From the NCBI GenBank assembly GCA_963665325.3, contig OZ224045.1, forward strand, positions 2,304,001 through 2,368,000: DNA of 64,000 nucleotides, in the 5' to 3' direction. Positions 38,244 to 47,643 of the stretch are shown here, piece by piece (the first letter of the stretch is position 1; each line of letters starts with the position of its first letter). The notes under the pieces are model-generated. The model did not search any database and was not told the origin of the DNA. It saw only the letters and a list, made by a program, of their open reading frames with translations. The position numbers were made by a program, and so were the translations under genes. This DNA comes from Alphaproteobacteria bacterium (GTDB lineage: Bacteria > Pseudomonadota > Alphaproteobacteria > Bin95).

Positions 38244-40252
38244 TGGGTAACTCCGGAGACGGGCGGGTTGCTGGAAGGGCGAGCGGCGTGCTTACCGTTT
38301 GCAGCCACGGTGTTGTCGGGTGCGCCGGGTCGGCGCGCGGGGTGGGCGTCGGATGGAATGGTAGAGGGGTCGAGGGCGATCCCCAGGGCCTCCAGCATGG
38401 CGGACGCTGCACGCTCCAGATTGAGAGCATGCTTGCTGGTGCTGGAGATGATTTCGGCGAAGAACTGGCTTGGAGCTTTGCGACAGAGGCCGTGCGAAGC
38501 GCCGGCCGTCACGATGAGCAAGGCGGAAGTTGCCGCGGGTTCTCCAACGGTTGCGCAGGCAGAATGCCATGCGGTGCTTAGAGATGGTTGGCCATTACCG
38601 TGGAAGCCCGCTGTGGACGATAGAATTTGGCGGACGGCGGCCGCGACCTGCGATGGGTCGAGAGGTCTGGGAAAAGGCAGGCTGACTGAATCCGCATAAT
38701 CACCGGAAAGCGTGAGCAGGGCATATTGTTGCTCCAGCGACGGTAGATCGGGGCGAAGACCGGGTTCGGTTCGTCGGGAAGTGGGAGGGCTGGCTTTACG
38801 GGGCGGAGCGATATGCAGAGGTGTGTCGGACTGTGCTGTGGGTAGAAGGGCGTCCCCGTCTTGGCGTTCGCATATGTCGGGGGAGGCCCGGTCGACAACT
38901 CCCCAGAGGGATCTGGCGAGGTTGAGTTGGCCGAGACGGGCCTTGTCGATCATGCCTCGGAGGTAGCCGCCGGGAGATCGGATTTCGCTGGCGTCGAGGC
39001 GCGACGCGATGATGATTATCGCGAGGGCGGCGCCGTCGCGGGTCAGGGCATTGCAGGCTTCGCGCCAGGCGTCGGGGGATATTCCCATGGTGCTTCGGGC
39101 GCGGTTTGCGGCTTCCAGAAGGTCGCTGTTCCCGGGAGGACGGGTTATCGGCAGATGGCAGGCAATGCGAGGGCTCAGGCTATCCAGGACAAGCCATTTG
39201 GGCGGCGCTTGCGGTGAGGAAGACGAGGCGGGGTCGGGGTGACTACATATCCCGCTTTCCGGGGTTGGGCGGGCGGCGGATTCCGGGTCCAGTCGGGGTG
39301 TTTCGGAAAGAGTCGCCGCTACAACATTGTTGATTCGGGAGTGATTTGTATTTGTAATTGACCCTTCCCCGCTTAGGGGGGTGGGTACCCTTCCGAATTC
39401 GTTGTCGGACGCATCCTGACGATGCGGGGAGACGGGGTTGTCGTCAGGTCGCTGGTCGCATTCGGATGTGAATAACGCGTCTACATTTCTCTGGATGCGC
39501 TCGGCAATGGGTTCGAGGGCCTGGAGGGTTTGCAGGTCGGCCTTGTTCAGGCGGGAGCCGGACGGAAGCGCTGTAACGTCGTCGAGCAGCGAGCTGACGA
39601 TAGGGTGAACGATGCGGTCGTTTGACGTTAGCGCGTGGATGCGGTTGAGGGTCAGGCGGCGGATCGCCGAGATACGGTGGCGGAGGCGGATTCTCTCGTT
39701 ACGGAGTTCTTGTATCTGCTTGGCCGCGTTCTCGATGGTCGGGAGGAGGGCTGCCAGGGGTGAGAGGTCGACACCGTAGGAATGGATCAGGCGGCCGGTA
39801 GCCTTGTCGCGCTTGTAGAAGCGTCGGCAGCTTGCGCTGTCGTGCCAATAAATGAGGCCATGACAAGCCAACTCATACTCGATGCGGTCGAGACATTTTG
39901 GGGAGATGGAGAGGTCGTTGCAGGCGCACCACTTGGGGAGGCCCGCGACCGGGCGGGACCCGGGTTGCCAGTCGGGCTTGCGGGTTTGGTCAAAGTGCCA
40001 TTGCAGGACCTTGAGTTGATCTCCGGTCAGGCCGAAGTGTTCGGCTATCGGAGGACGCTTGAGCAAGCGCAGCGACGCCCGGAAATCGAAATCGTCAGGC
40101 ATGCCGGCCCAGGCGTGAGCCGCTAAACGGGCCGCCTCGTGCTCGGGCTTTGGAATCCTTCCCCCTGTCGGGTTCGGGCTGGAGCGGGGTCCGGTCGAGG
40201 ATGCCGGATTGATGGTTCTGTTGTGCTGCATGAGTTTTGGCGCCTGGCGCAT
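38240..40252 (-). CDS. repC: RepC-family plasmid replication initiator with extended C-terminus
   Basis: GLI...DS...RR..RD...G...YGVDLSPL; MGISPDAW..AC...IRSPGGYLRGM...LNLARSLWG; AT-rich internal stretch at ~39320-39365. Confidence 0.8.
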   Translation of the reverse strand: MRQAPKLMQHNRTINPASSTGPRSSPNPTGGRIPKPEHEAARLAAHAWAGMPDDFDFRASLRLLKRPPIAEHFGLTGDQLKVLQWHFDQTRKPDWQPGSRPVAGLPKWCACNDLSISPKCLDRIEYELACHGLIYWHDSASCRRFYKRDKATGRLIHSYGVDLSPLAALLPTIENAAKQIQELRNERIRLRHRISAIRRLTLNRIHALTSNDRIVHPIVSSLLDDVTALPSGSRLNKADLQTLQALEPIAERIQRNVDALFTSECDQRPDDNPVSPHRQDASDNEFGRVPTPLSGEGSITNTNHSRINNVVAATLSETPRLDPESAARPTPESGICSHPDPASSSSPQAPPKWLVLDSLSPRIACHLPITRPPGNSDLLEAANRARSTMGISPDAWREACNALTRDGAALAIIIIASRLDASEIRSPGGYLRGMIDKARLGQLNLARSLWGVVDRASPDICERQDGDALLPTAQSDTPLHIAPPRKASPPTSRRTEPGLRPDLPSLEQQYALLTLSGDYADSVSLPFPRPLDPSQVAAAVRQILSSTAGFHGNGQPSLSTAWHSACATVGEPAATSALLIVTAGASHGLCRKAPSQFFAEIISSTSKHALNLERAASAMLEALGIALDPSTIPSDAHPARRPGAPDNTVAANGKHAARPSSNPPVSGVTQ

Positions 40253-40291
40253 TCATGCTCGATCACAGCTCCCATTTTTTTTCAAACTGGC

Positions 40292-40446
40292 TTGACTAAG
40301 GCCAAGCAAGTCCGTTACCTTCCGCGATAGTGAGGTCGCAGGAGGTCTTTGTCCCTCTATTGGGGATTGGGGCCGATGGTTGAGCCTAGTCCGTTTGACG
40401 GACATAAGGCGGGGAGCTTTGCAAGAGGGCTCCCCGCTTTTTTTAT
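40292..40446 (+). ncRNA. Candidate counter-transcribed RNA (ctRNA) upstream of repC, including its promoter and terminator
   Basis: TTGACT(40292)...TACCTT promoter pointing away from repC; GCGGGGAGC...GCTCCCCGC hairpin followed by a T7 tract at 40409-40444. Confidence 0.68.
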
Positions 40447-40504
40447 GTCCTTGAACGGGTGAGATTTTGCCGGACTTGTCTCCTACCCGCGCGTGTGCCT
40501 ATAC

Positions 40505-40786
40505 TCACCGAACTGTGGTGGTGTAGTCGCGCTCGAAATCGCCCATCGCGCAGTTGTGCACATGGACATGTGCGCCCGCCTCGACCGGTTCGCTAGCAAA
40601 CCCGATGATCTGGTCGTACTTGCGGACCGGTTCGCCGACGGATATCGGCCGCGTCGCGATCTTGTGGCCGGCCGGCACGACATCCACCGCGGTGACGTCC
40701 TCGCCGGGAATCTCAATTCCAGAGAGGATATCGACGCGCGCGACGACCACATTGTCTTCGGGTGCAAGGCGGATGGAGAGGGTCAT
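40505..40786 (-). CDS. UxaA/SAF-domain protein (N-terminal part of altronate dehydratase; possibly truncated)
   Basis: DNVVVAR...VPAGHKIA...GEPVRKYDQIIGFA...GAHVHVHN. Confidence 0.75.
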   Translation of the reverse strand: MTLSIRLAPEDNVVVARVDILSGIEIPGEDVTAVDVVPAGHKIATRPISVGEPVRKYDQIIGFASEPVEAGAHVHVHNCAMGDFERDYTTTVR

Positions 40787-40801
40787 GGGCTATGGGTCCT
40801 T

Positions 40802-42133
40802 CTAGGCGGCGAGCAGGTTGTGGAGTTCGCCGGCGCGGCCGGGCGCATCGAAGTCCCAGGCGAGCGCACTCAGAGCCTCGGCCGCATCGCCGAGCGCCGG
40901 CTCGGCGAGCGCGTGGAACTTGGCGTCGAGGTCGGCGCGCGAGAGGGGATTGCCGGGATTGCCGCGCGCAAGCAATGTTTCGCGCCGGTCTGCGCCGCCG
41001 TCCAGCCACTGAACCTCCAGCACAGCGGAGCGAGTGTCCCGGCCGGGTTCGGCGACCGGCTCGACGCGGGTAAGCATGGCTCGCAGCCCGGAATCGGCCA
41101 GCGTCTCGGCGGTAAAGTCTCCTTCCACCGCCGGGCGGCCGGCAAGGCCCAGCGCCGTGCAGAAAGCCAGGCTGAATTTGCCTTCGAGCGGGGTTTGCGG
41201 ATCCGCCTTGCCGGCGAGCCGGATTGCGGCCGGGTTGACACGAACTTCGACGCGCACCGCTTCGCGGCCGGACGCCTCCGGCGCCAGCGCGCGCGCGGCG
41301 TCGATGACAGGATGGGTCAGGAGGCAGGCGGCATAGGGCTTGACCGTATTGCGCAACAACTCCCAGCCATCGTCGAAATCGACCGCGTCGATGGTCGCCG
41401 CTCCATCCTGCACAAGTGCGCTCCCGAGCCCGTCTTCGGTTTCGAGCAGCGTCTCGGACGCTTCGAAGCCGGCGGCCGCCAGTTCGGCTGCCAACACGCC
41501 GTTCATCGCCGCCTTGCCGGCATGGAAGGGCTTGGCGTGGGTGCCGAAAGAGCCGGTCAGGCCGCCGGCCTGCGTGGCGGCGGCGCCGAGCGCGCGGGCG
41601 ATACCGTCCTCGTCGAGTTTCAGCAGCACCGAGGCGGCAACCGCGGCGCCGAGCGCGCCGAAAATGCCGGTCGAATGCCAGCCGCGAAGATTTGCCACCC
41701 CGCCGATGCCGTTGCCGAGGCGCGCGCCCGATTCGAAGCCGGCGATGAACGCGGCCATCATCTCCCGGCCTTCGGCTCCGGCCTGCTGTCCCACGGCCAG
41801 GGTCGCCGACCAGACCGGCGCGGAAAGATGCGCCGTCGCGCCGACATGGGTGTCGTCATAGTCGAGGCAGTGGGCGAAGGTGCCGTTCACCAGGGCGGCG
41901 CCGGCGGCGCAGGTCGTGCCGCCAAGCGCGATGCGCGCCCTGCCTGCGGCCTGCCAACTCTCGACGACGCGCCGCACGGCCTTGCCGCCCGGCTCGCCGC
42001 GCGCGCCGAGCGTGACCCCCAACGTATCCAGCAGGCACGCCCTGGCGGCTTCCAGAACCTCGGGAGGCCAGTTTCGTCCGGGTGCCGCAGCCGCCCACGA
42101 CGCCACGCGCCGGATCGTGTCGTTTCCGCCCAT
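40802..42133 (-). CDS. MmgE/PrpD family protein
   Basis: LLDTLGV...NGTFAHCLDYDDTH...GWH.TG...KPFHAG...KPYAAC. Confidence 0.9.
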   Translation of the reverse strand: MGGNDTIRRVASWAAAAPGRNWPPEVLEAARACLLDTLGVTLGARGEPGGKAVRRVVESWQAAGRARIALGGTTCAAGAALVNGTFAHCLDYDDTHVGATAHLSAPVWSATLAVGQQAGAEGREMMAAFIAGFESGARLGNGIGGVANLRGWHSTGIFGALGAAVAASVLLKLDEDGIARALGAAATQAGGLTGSFGTHAKPFHAGKAAMNGVLAAELAAAGFEASETLLETEDGLGSALVQDGAATIDAVDFDDGWELLRNTVKPYAACLLTHPVIDAARALAPEASGREAVRVEVRVNPAAIRLAGKADPQTPLEGKFSLAFCTALGLAGRPAVEGDFTAETLADSGLRAMLTRVEPVAEPGRDTRSAVLEVQWLDGGADRRETLLARGNPGNPLSRADLDAKFHALAEPALGDAAEALSALAWDFDAPGRAGELHNLLAA

Positions 42134-42173
42134 GTCAATGTCGTCCTTCCTCGCGCGCCGGCGTCTTCGCCGG

Positions 42174-42653
42174 TCACGGTTTTCCGCAGGCGCCCCAGAC
42201 CTCGTCCTTCCTGAGCCAGCCTCTATAGCCTTCGACGGACACTTCGCACCAGCCTTCCCGGCGTTCGAGCACCGAGAGCAACACGCCCGGCCGCAGCAGG
42301 GCCAGCCCGCTGGCGTCGGATCCGGGCGAGCGGCGCAGCCGCCTCGTCGAGCCCGTGACGATGGCGCGCGACCAGTCCGTCAACAGATGCGCGCTCATCC
42401 AGCCCGTCTCTCCTGAAGGGTCCTCGACCTGCCGCCAGTCAAAGTGCTCCCCGACGATCCGCACCGGCAAGCCCCGCTGCCGGTATTGCCAGCGCACCGC
42501 ATAGGTCGTGCTGGGCCCGACCCGAAGGTTGCCCTCAGTCGCGCGTATCGCGGCGTACCGCGGCAAGGGTTGGCCGGTGAGCCGGTCGCCGGCCGACGCC
42601 GCTACGCTCCAGAGGCACAGGACCGCTGCAACGCCGCTGCGAACGAATGTCAT
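42174..42653 (-). CDS. Secreted tandem bacterial SH3-domain protein
   Basis: Signal peptide; TGQPLPRY...NLRVGPS..Y...GLPV...WRQVEDPSGETGW; ATGA overlap with the MFS stop. Confidence 0.85.
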   Translation of the reverse strand: MTFVRSGVAAVLCLWSVAASAGDRLTGQPLPRYAAIRATEGNLRVGPSTTYAVRWQYRQRGLPVRIVGEHFDWRQVEDPSGETGWMSAHLLTDWSRAIVTGSTRRLRRSPGSDASGLALLRPGVLLSVLERREGWCEVSVEGYRGWLRKDEVWGACGKP

Positions 42654-43861
42654 CGCCGGGCCTCCGGCCAGATGACGAGCGCCAGCGCCAGCATTGCCAG
42701 CCCTTCGATCGAGATGACGGTCACGGCCATGTGGGCGCCCAGCCATTCGGCAAGCAGGCCGAGATGCAGGAAGCCGATCGGCGCGGTGCCGATGCAGATC
42801 GTCAGCATGCCCATGGCGCGATTGCGCATTTCCGGGCGGGCGCCGAGAAAGGTCAGGGTCGATTGCATGGTCGCGAAACAGGCGCCTCCGATGCCGGCCG
42901 CAACCAGAATTGTGCCAGAAAGCAGGAACCAGGGCGAGGCTGCGAACACGATGGCGGCCGCCATATACGACGCCACGCCAAGGAAGTAGATGCGGCGGAA
43001 CCAGACCGCGCGGGCGAACCAGGCGATGCCGAGCGCACCGAGCAATGCCCCCAGCCCTTCGGCGCTCTGCAGCACGCCGACCGGGAACGCCGACAGTTCG
43101 AGACTGTCCTTCCCGATCACCGGCACCATCGAGGTCATCGGGAAGCCCCAGATGTTGTAGATGACGGTGACGGCCAGCGTGGCGACCAGCGGGCGGCTGG
43201 CACGGACGTAGCGGAAACCGTCCCGAATGGCCGTGAGCAGGCCAGCAGGCGTCGCGCCCGCTCGCGCTCCGTCCTCGATGTGCACGCGCGCCATCAGGAG
43301 CAGCGAGAGCAGATTGAGGACCGCGCCGGCGAAGAATGCCCCGGAAATGCCGATACCTTCCAGCAGCGCCCCGCCCGCGAGGGGCCCGAGCATCCGGGTG
43401 GCGTTGTTGGTGGCGGTGTCGAACCCCATCGCCTGGGCGACGCGGGCGTCGCCTGCAATGTCCCCGAGCATGGTGCGCCGAAGCGGCATTTCGCCGGCCC
43501 AGATCACGCCGTTGAGGACGGCGCCCACGGCGACATGCCAGAGCGCCAGCTCGCCGAAGGCAGCCAGGAGGCCCAGTACCGTCGAACTGGCGGTGAGCAC
43601 GCACAGGCCTACCATCACCAGAATCCGGCGATCGAACCGCTCGGCCAGGGAGCCCGCGAGCGCGCCGAACAGCATGAGCGGAAAGAACCGCAGCACGAAC
43701 ATGAGCGTCACGTCGAACGCCGAGCCTGTGCGGTCGTAAACCCACACACCGACCGCCAGAATTTCCAGCCAGCGGTTCACATTTGAGAGCGCGCCGGAGA
43801 CCCACACGCGGCGGAACGCAACATTGCCGATAAGTGCGAAGGGACTTATTGTCTTTGTCAT
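42650..43861 (-). CDS. MFS transporter
   Basis: About 12 hydrophobic segments; GSLAERFDRR motif. Confidence 0.9.
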   Translation of the reverse strand: MTKTISPFALIGNVAFRRVWVSGALSNVNRWLEILAVGVWVYDRTGSAFDVTLMFVLRFFPLMLFGALAGSLAERFDRRILVMVGLCVLTASSTVLGLLAAFGELALWHVAVGAVLNGVIWAGEMPLRRTMLGDIAGDARVAQAMGFDTATNNATRMLGPLAGGALLEGIGISGAFFAGAVLNLLSLLLMARVHIEDGARAGATPAGLLTAIRDGFRYVRASRPLVATLAVTVIYNIWGFPMTSMVPVIGKDSLELSAFPVGVLQSAEGLGALLGALGIAWFARAVWFRRIYFLGVASYMAAAIVFAASPWFLLSGTILVAAGIGGACFATMQSTLTFLGARPEMRNRAMGMLTICIGTAPIGFLHLGLLAEWLGAHMAVTVISIEGLAMLALALVIWPEARR

Positions 43862-43958
43862 AGACTATGCAAACCCCACCCGCGTCCGGGGCGCAATCCC
43901 GAAAGCCGGCCCGGCCACCGGATTTCTGCGCTCCCTGCCTTTATCGGGAATGTCCGAT

Positions 43959-45176
43959 ATGCTTTACGCGCTTCACGAGATGCAGCGCATAGCCTGGGCG
44001 CCCGCCCGCATGATGGCCGAGGCCGGCCGACAGGCGGCGTCCAACCCGCTCCTGCCGATGGCTTGGCATCCCGCCGGGCGCGCGGTCGGGGCATTCTGCG
44101 AGTTGTTCGAGCGTGTCAGCCGCAAGCACGGTAAGCCGGAATTCGGCATCCGGCATGTTTCGAGTGGCGGCCGGACGCTGGCCGTGCGGGAAAGGGTCGT
44201 TGCTTCCACACCTTTCTGCGACCTACTGCATTTCGAGCGCGAAGGGCGGACCGGCGACCCGGTCGTGCTGGTGGTGGCGCCGCTTTCCGGCCATTTCGCC
44301 ACCCTGCTTCGCGACACGGTGCGCGGCCTGCTCGCAGAACATGACGTCTATATCACCGACTGGCAGGACGCCCGGCAGGTGCCGGCCAGCCGCGGCCCAT
44401 TCTCGCTCGACGACTATATCGACATGCTGCTGGACTTTCTCGCGCGGCTCGGATCGGAAGTCCATCTCGTTGCCGTCTGCCAGCCTTCCGTGCCGGCGCT
44501 GGCGGTGACGGCGCTGCTAGCCGCCGCAGGCAAGCCCGCGCCCCGTTCGCTCGTGCTAATGGGCGGGCCGATCGACACCCGCGTCGGCGTCACGAAGGTT
44601 AACGAATTCGCCAAGGCGCATAGTCGCCGCTGGTTCGATCAAATGCTGATCCAGACCGTGCCGCCGCCTTATCCGGGCTTCGGCCGGCGGGTCTATCCGG
44701 GCTTCATGCAGCTCTCGGGCTTCATGGGGATGAACCTCGACCGCCATGTCGGCGCGCATCTGCGCATGTTCGAGCATCTCGTTGCCGGAGACGGCGAGAG
44801 CGCCGGGGCTCATCGTCGCTTCTACGACGAATATCTTGCGGTGATGGATATGCCGGCGGAATACTTCCTGGAGACGGTGGAACGGGTTTTCCAGGAACAC
44901 CACCTGCCGCGCGGCCTGTTTACGCATCGCGGCGCGCCGGTCGATACGGCGGCGATACGCGACACCGCGCTGATGACCGTCGAGGGCGAACGCGACGATA
45001 TTTCGGGCGTCGGCCAGACGGAGGCCGCCCACCGCCTCTGCCCGAACGTGCCGCCGGAACGCCGCCGCCACCGGCTGCAGGCCGGGGTCGGTCACTACGG
45101 CATCTTCAACGGTCGGCGATGGCGGCAGGAGATCCTGCCGGACGTTGCCGATTTCATTCGCGCCGCGCGGGCGTAA
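43959..45176 (+). CDS. phaZ: Intracellular polyhydroxyalkanoate depolymerase
   Basis: VAPLSGHFATLLR, VAVCQP, VYPGF, EGERDDI, GHYGIF. Confidence 0.92.
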   Translation: MLYALHEMQRIAWAPARMMAEAGRQAASNPLLPMAWHPAGRAVGAFCELFERVSRKHGKPEFGIRHVSSGGRTLAVRERVVASTPFCDLLHFEREGRTGDPVVLVVAPLSGHFATLLRDTVRGLLAEHDVYITDWQDARQVPASRGPFSLDDYIDMLLDFLARLGSEVHLVAVCQPSVPALAVTALLAAAGKPAPRSLVLMGGPIDTRVGVTKVNEFAKAHSRRWFDQMLIQTVPPPYPGFGRRVYPGFMQLSGFMGMNLDRHVGAHLRMFEHLVAGDGESAGAHRRFYDEYLAVMDMPAEYFLETVERVFQEHHLPRGLFTHRGAPVDTAAIRDTALMTVEGERDDISGVGQTEAAHRLCPNVPPERRRHRLQAGVGHYGIFNGRRWRQEILPDVADFIRAARA

Positions 45177-45191
45177 GGAGCCGGGAATCCG

Positions 45192-46115
45192 ATGAACGAT
45201 ATGGCACGCTCGGGCGAACCGCGGGGCGTCGCGGTCGCAACCCTCACCCCGATGACCGCCGGGCTGGAACCGGACTTCGAGCGGTTCGCGGCGCATTGCC
45301 GCCGGATGTTGGACCGGGGCGCGAACCTGCTGGCGGTCCTCGGCACAACGGGCGAGGCGAATTCGCTCGGGGTCGATGAGAAGCTGCGCCTTCTGGATGC
45401 GCTCGGCGAATCGGATATTCCCGGCGAAACCCTGCTGCCCGGCACCGGCACTTGTTCCATCGCCGACACGGTGATCCTGACGCGGAAGGCGCTTGAGATC
45501 GGCTCGGTCGGCGTCGTCATGCTGCCGCCTTTTTACTACAAGGGCGTGTCGGATGAGGGCCTGCACGCGGCCTATGAGGAAGTCATCCAGCGCGTCGGCG
45601 ACTCGCGCCTCCGGATCTACTTTTACAACTTCCCCTTCAATTCCGGCGTGCCAATTTCGCACGAGCTGATCGAGGGCCTGCTTGCGGCCTATCCGGGCAC
45701 GGTCGCCGGCATCAAGGACAGCTCCGGTGACCTCGACAACATGCTGGCGATGTGCCGGCGATTCCCGGGCTTCGGGGTCTTTGCGGGCTCGGAGCAGTTC
45801 CTGCTGCCGGTGCTGAAGGAGGGCGGGGCAGGCTGCATTTCGGCCACGGCCAATGTCACCATAGGCCTGTGCGCGGAGGTCCTGGCGGCTGCGAAGGCGG
45901 GCAGCGACGCCGGTGCATTGCAGGAGCGGCTGTCCGCCTGGCGCCTGGCGATCCAGTCGCAGCCGCTGATCCCCGCGCTCAAGGCGATCGTCGCTCGGAG
46001 CACCGGCGACGAGGAGTGGCTCCCGCTCCGGCCGCCGCTTACGGCCTTGGACGAGGCGTCGGGGGCCGCGCTGGACGGTGCGCTGGATGCGGCCGGCTTC
46101 GCGCCGGCGGCCTGA
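45192..46115 (+). CDS. Dihydrodipicolinate synthase family aldolase
   Basis: LGTTGEA, PPFYYK, YNFP, GIKDSSGD. Confidence 0.9.
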   Translation: MNDMARSGEPRGVAVATLTPMTAGLEPDFERFAAHCRRMLDRGANLLAVLGTTGEANSLGVDEKLRLLDALGESDIPGETLLPGTGTCSIADTVILTRKALEIGSVGVVMLPPFYYKGVSDEGLHAAYEEVIQRVGDSRLRIYFYNFPFNSGVPISHELIEGLLAAYPGTVAGIKDSSGDLDNMLAMCRRFPGFGVFAGSEQFLLPVLKEGGAGCISATANVTIGLCAEVLAAAKAGSDAGALQERLSAWRLAIQSQPLIPALKAIVARSTGDEEWLPLRPPLTALDEASGAALDGALDAAGFAPAA

Positions 46116-46200
46116 GAGACGGCTTCCGGGGGCCGTCTGCGGCCTTGCCGTCATGCGACAATTTGTGCTAACAGGAGGGCCGCTTCCTGCGGAGGTGCGT

Positions 46201-47148
46201 GTGCCCATTAAGGCCCTGCTGCTTTGTATCGCGGCTGTGGCGGCCATGTTGCCGGGGCCGGTGCGGGCCGACGGCGCCTATCCGGACCGCACTGTGGAAT
46301 GGGTTGTCCCGTTCGGGCCGGGCGGCGGGTCCGACCGCTGGGCGCGCATCATGTCTTCGGCGGCGATCGACGCTTTCGGCCAAGCCTGGCATGTGCGCAA
46401 CCGGGGCGGCGAGGAAGGCCGGCTGGGCTGGCGCTACATGCTCGGCAAGCCTCCCGACGGCTATACCATCCTGCAGGGCAGCATGACGCCCGCCGTTGCG
46501 GCGCTGCGCGATCCGGCGTCCGGTTTCCGCCCGCAAGATGTGAAAATCGCGGCATTCATCTCGTCGATCAAGACCCATCTGATTGCCATGCCAGACTCCG
46601 GTTTCGACAGTTGGGACAGGTTGACGGCTCGCCCGCCAACCAGCAAGCGCCCGCGAATCGGGGGAACGCCGGCCGTGCTGCTCGCTGCCGCCACCGGCCT
46701 GGACAGGCTCGGCGTCTCCGCCACGCTCCATACATTTTCCGGTACGGGCGAGGCGGTGTCGGCGCTTCTTTCCGGGGAGGTTGACATGGCGGCAGTCAGC
46801 ACCTCGACGGTGTTTTCCCTTGCCGGCCGGGCGTCTCCCGTCATCAATATCGGCGCGCGCGACAATACGCCGGCGATCAAGGAGAAGATCGGCGACGTGC
46901 CCTGGATCGGATCGCTCGGAGCGGTAGGCATAGGGGTTCCGCGCTGGGTTGGAGTACACCCGGACACGCCCGACGAGGTCGTGGACCGGATTTCCGAAGG
47001 CGTGGGCAAGGTGTTGGCCGACAAGTCGGTCATCAAGCTGATGACCAAGCTCGGCGAGGAAATCCACTATCTGCCGCGCGATGCCGCTGCCGCCGCCTAC
47101 AGCGAACTGCTTGAGCGCATGAAGGAACTCTTGGGCCGGATGCCATAG
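46201..47148 (+). CDS. Bug/TctC tripartite tricarboxylate transporter substrate-binding protein
   Basis: YPDRTVEWVVPFGPGGGSD...PPDGYT. Confidence 0.87.
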   Translation: MPIKALLLCIAAVAAMLPGPVRADGAYPDRTVEWVVPFGPGGGSDRWARIMSSAAIDAFGQAWHVRNRGGEEGRLGWRYMLGKPPDGYTILQGSMTPAVAALRDPASGFRPQDVKIAAFISSIKTHLIAMPDSGFDSWDRLTARPPTSKRPRIGGTPAVLLAAATGLDRLGVSATLHTFSGTGEAVSALLSGEVDMAAVSTSTVFSLAGRASPVINIGARDNTPAIKEKIGDVPWIGSLGAVGIGVPRWVGVHPDTPDEVVDRISEGVGKVLADKSVIKLMTKLGEEIHYLPRDAAAAAYSELLERMKELLGRMP

Positions 47149-47208
47149 GCCGATGATAGCGCGTTCGCGCTATGGCAGGGCCATCGGGTTTCGGTTAGCA
47201 TCCGGGCG

Positions 47209-47643
47209 ATGACTGAGAAGGTAGAAGTGCCGCTTGCCGCCGATCTCGGTGAGTTGTCCCGTTTGGCGGAGGCCGTGGAGGATTTCGGCGGAGCGAACGA
47301 CCTGCCGCCCGGTGCGGTGTTCAAGCTCAATCTTTGCTTCGATGAACTGATCACCAACGCAATTTCCTATGGCTTCGACACTCTGGACCAGGCGGCCCTC
47401 TCCGTGGAGCTGGCGGTCAGGGACGGCGAGGTGCTGGCGGTGATCCGCGACAACGGCCGGCCTTTCGATCCGTTTACCGAGGCGCCGGATGCCGATACCA
47501 CCCTGCGTGTGGAGGACCGGCCCGTTGGCGGCCTGGGCGTCCTGCTCGTGCGCGAATCGATGGACGATTTCTCCTATGAGCGGCTCGACGATTTCAATGT
47601 GGTTACGTTGCGCCTGAAGCTGGACCGGGCGGAGTCTCCGTGA
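47209..47643 (+). CDS. RsbW-like anti-sigma factor / HATPase
   Basis: DELITNAISY, DNGRPFDP, GGLGVLLV. Confidence 0.87.
   Translation: MTEKVEVPLAADLGELSRLAEAVEDFGGANDLPPGAVFKLNLCFDELITNAISYGFDTLDQAALSVELAVRDGEVLAVIRDNGRPFDPFTEAPDADTTLRVEDRPVGGLGVLLVRESMDDFSYERLDDFNVVTLRLKLDRAESP

Noticed and set aside
42654-43805. N-terminal part of the 543-aa ORF 42174-43805
   Set aside because: It is an alternate frame of the MFS gene; only the SH3 part from 42653 is credible.
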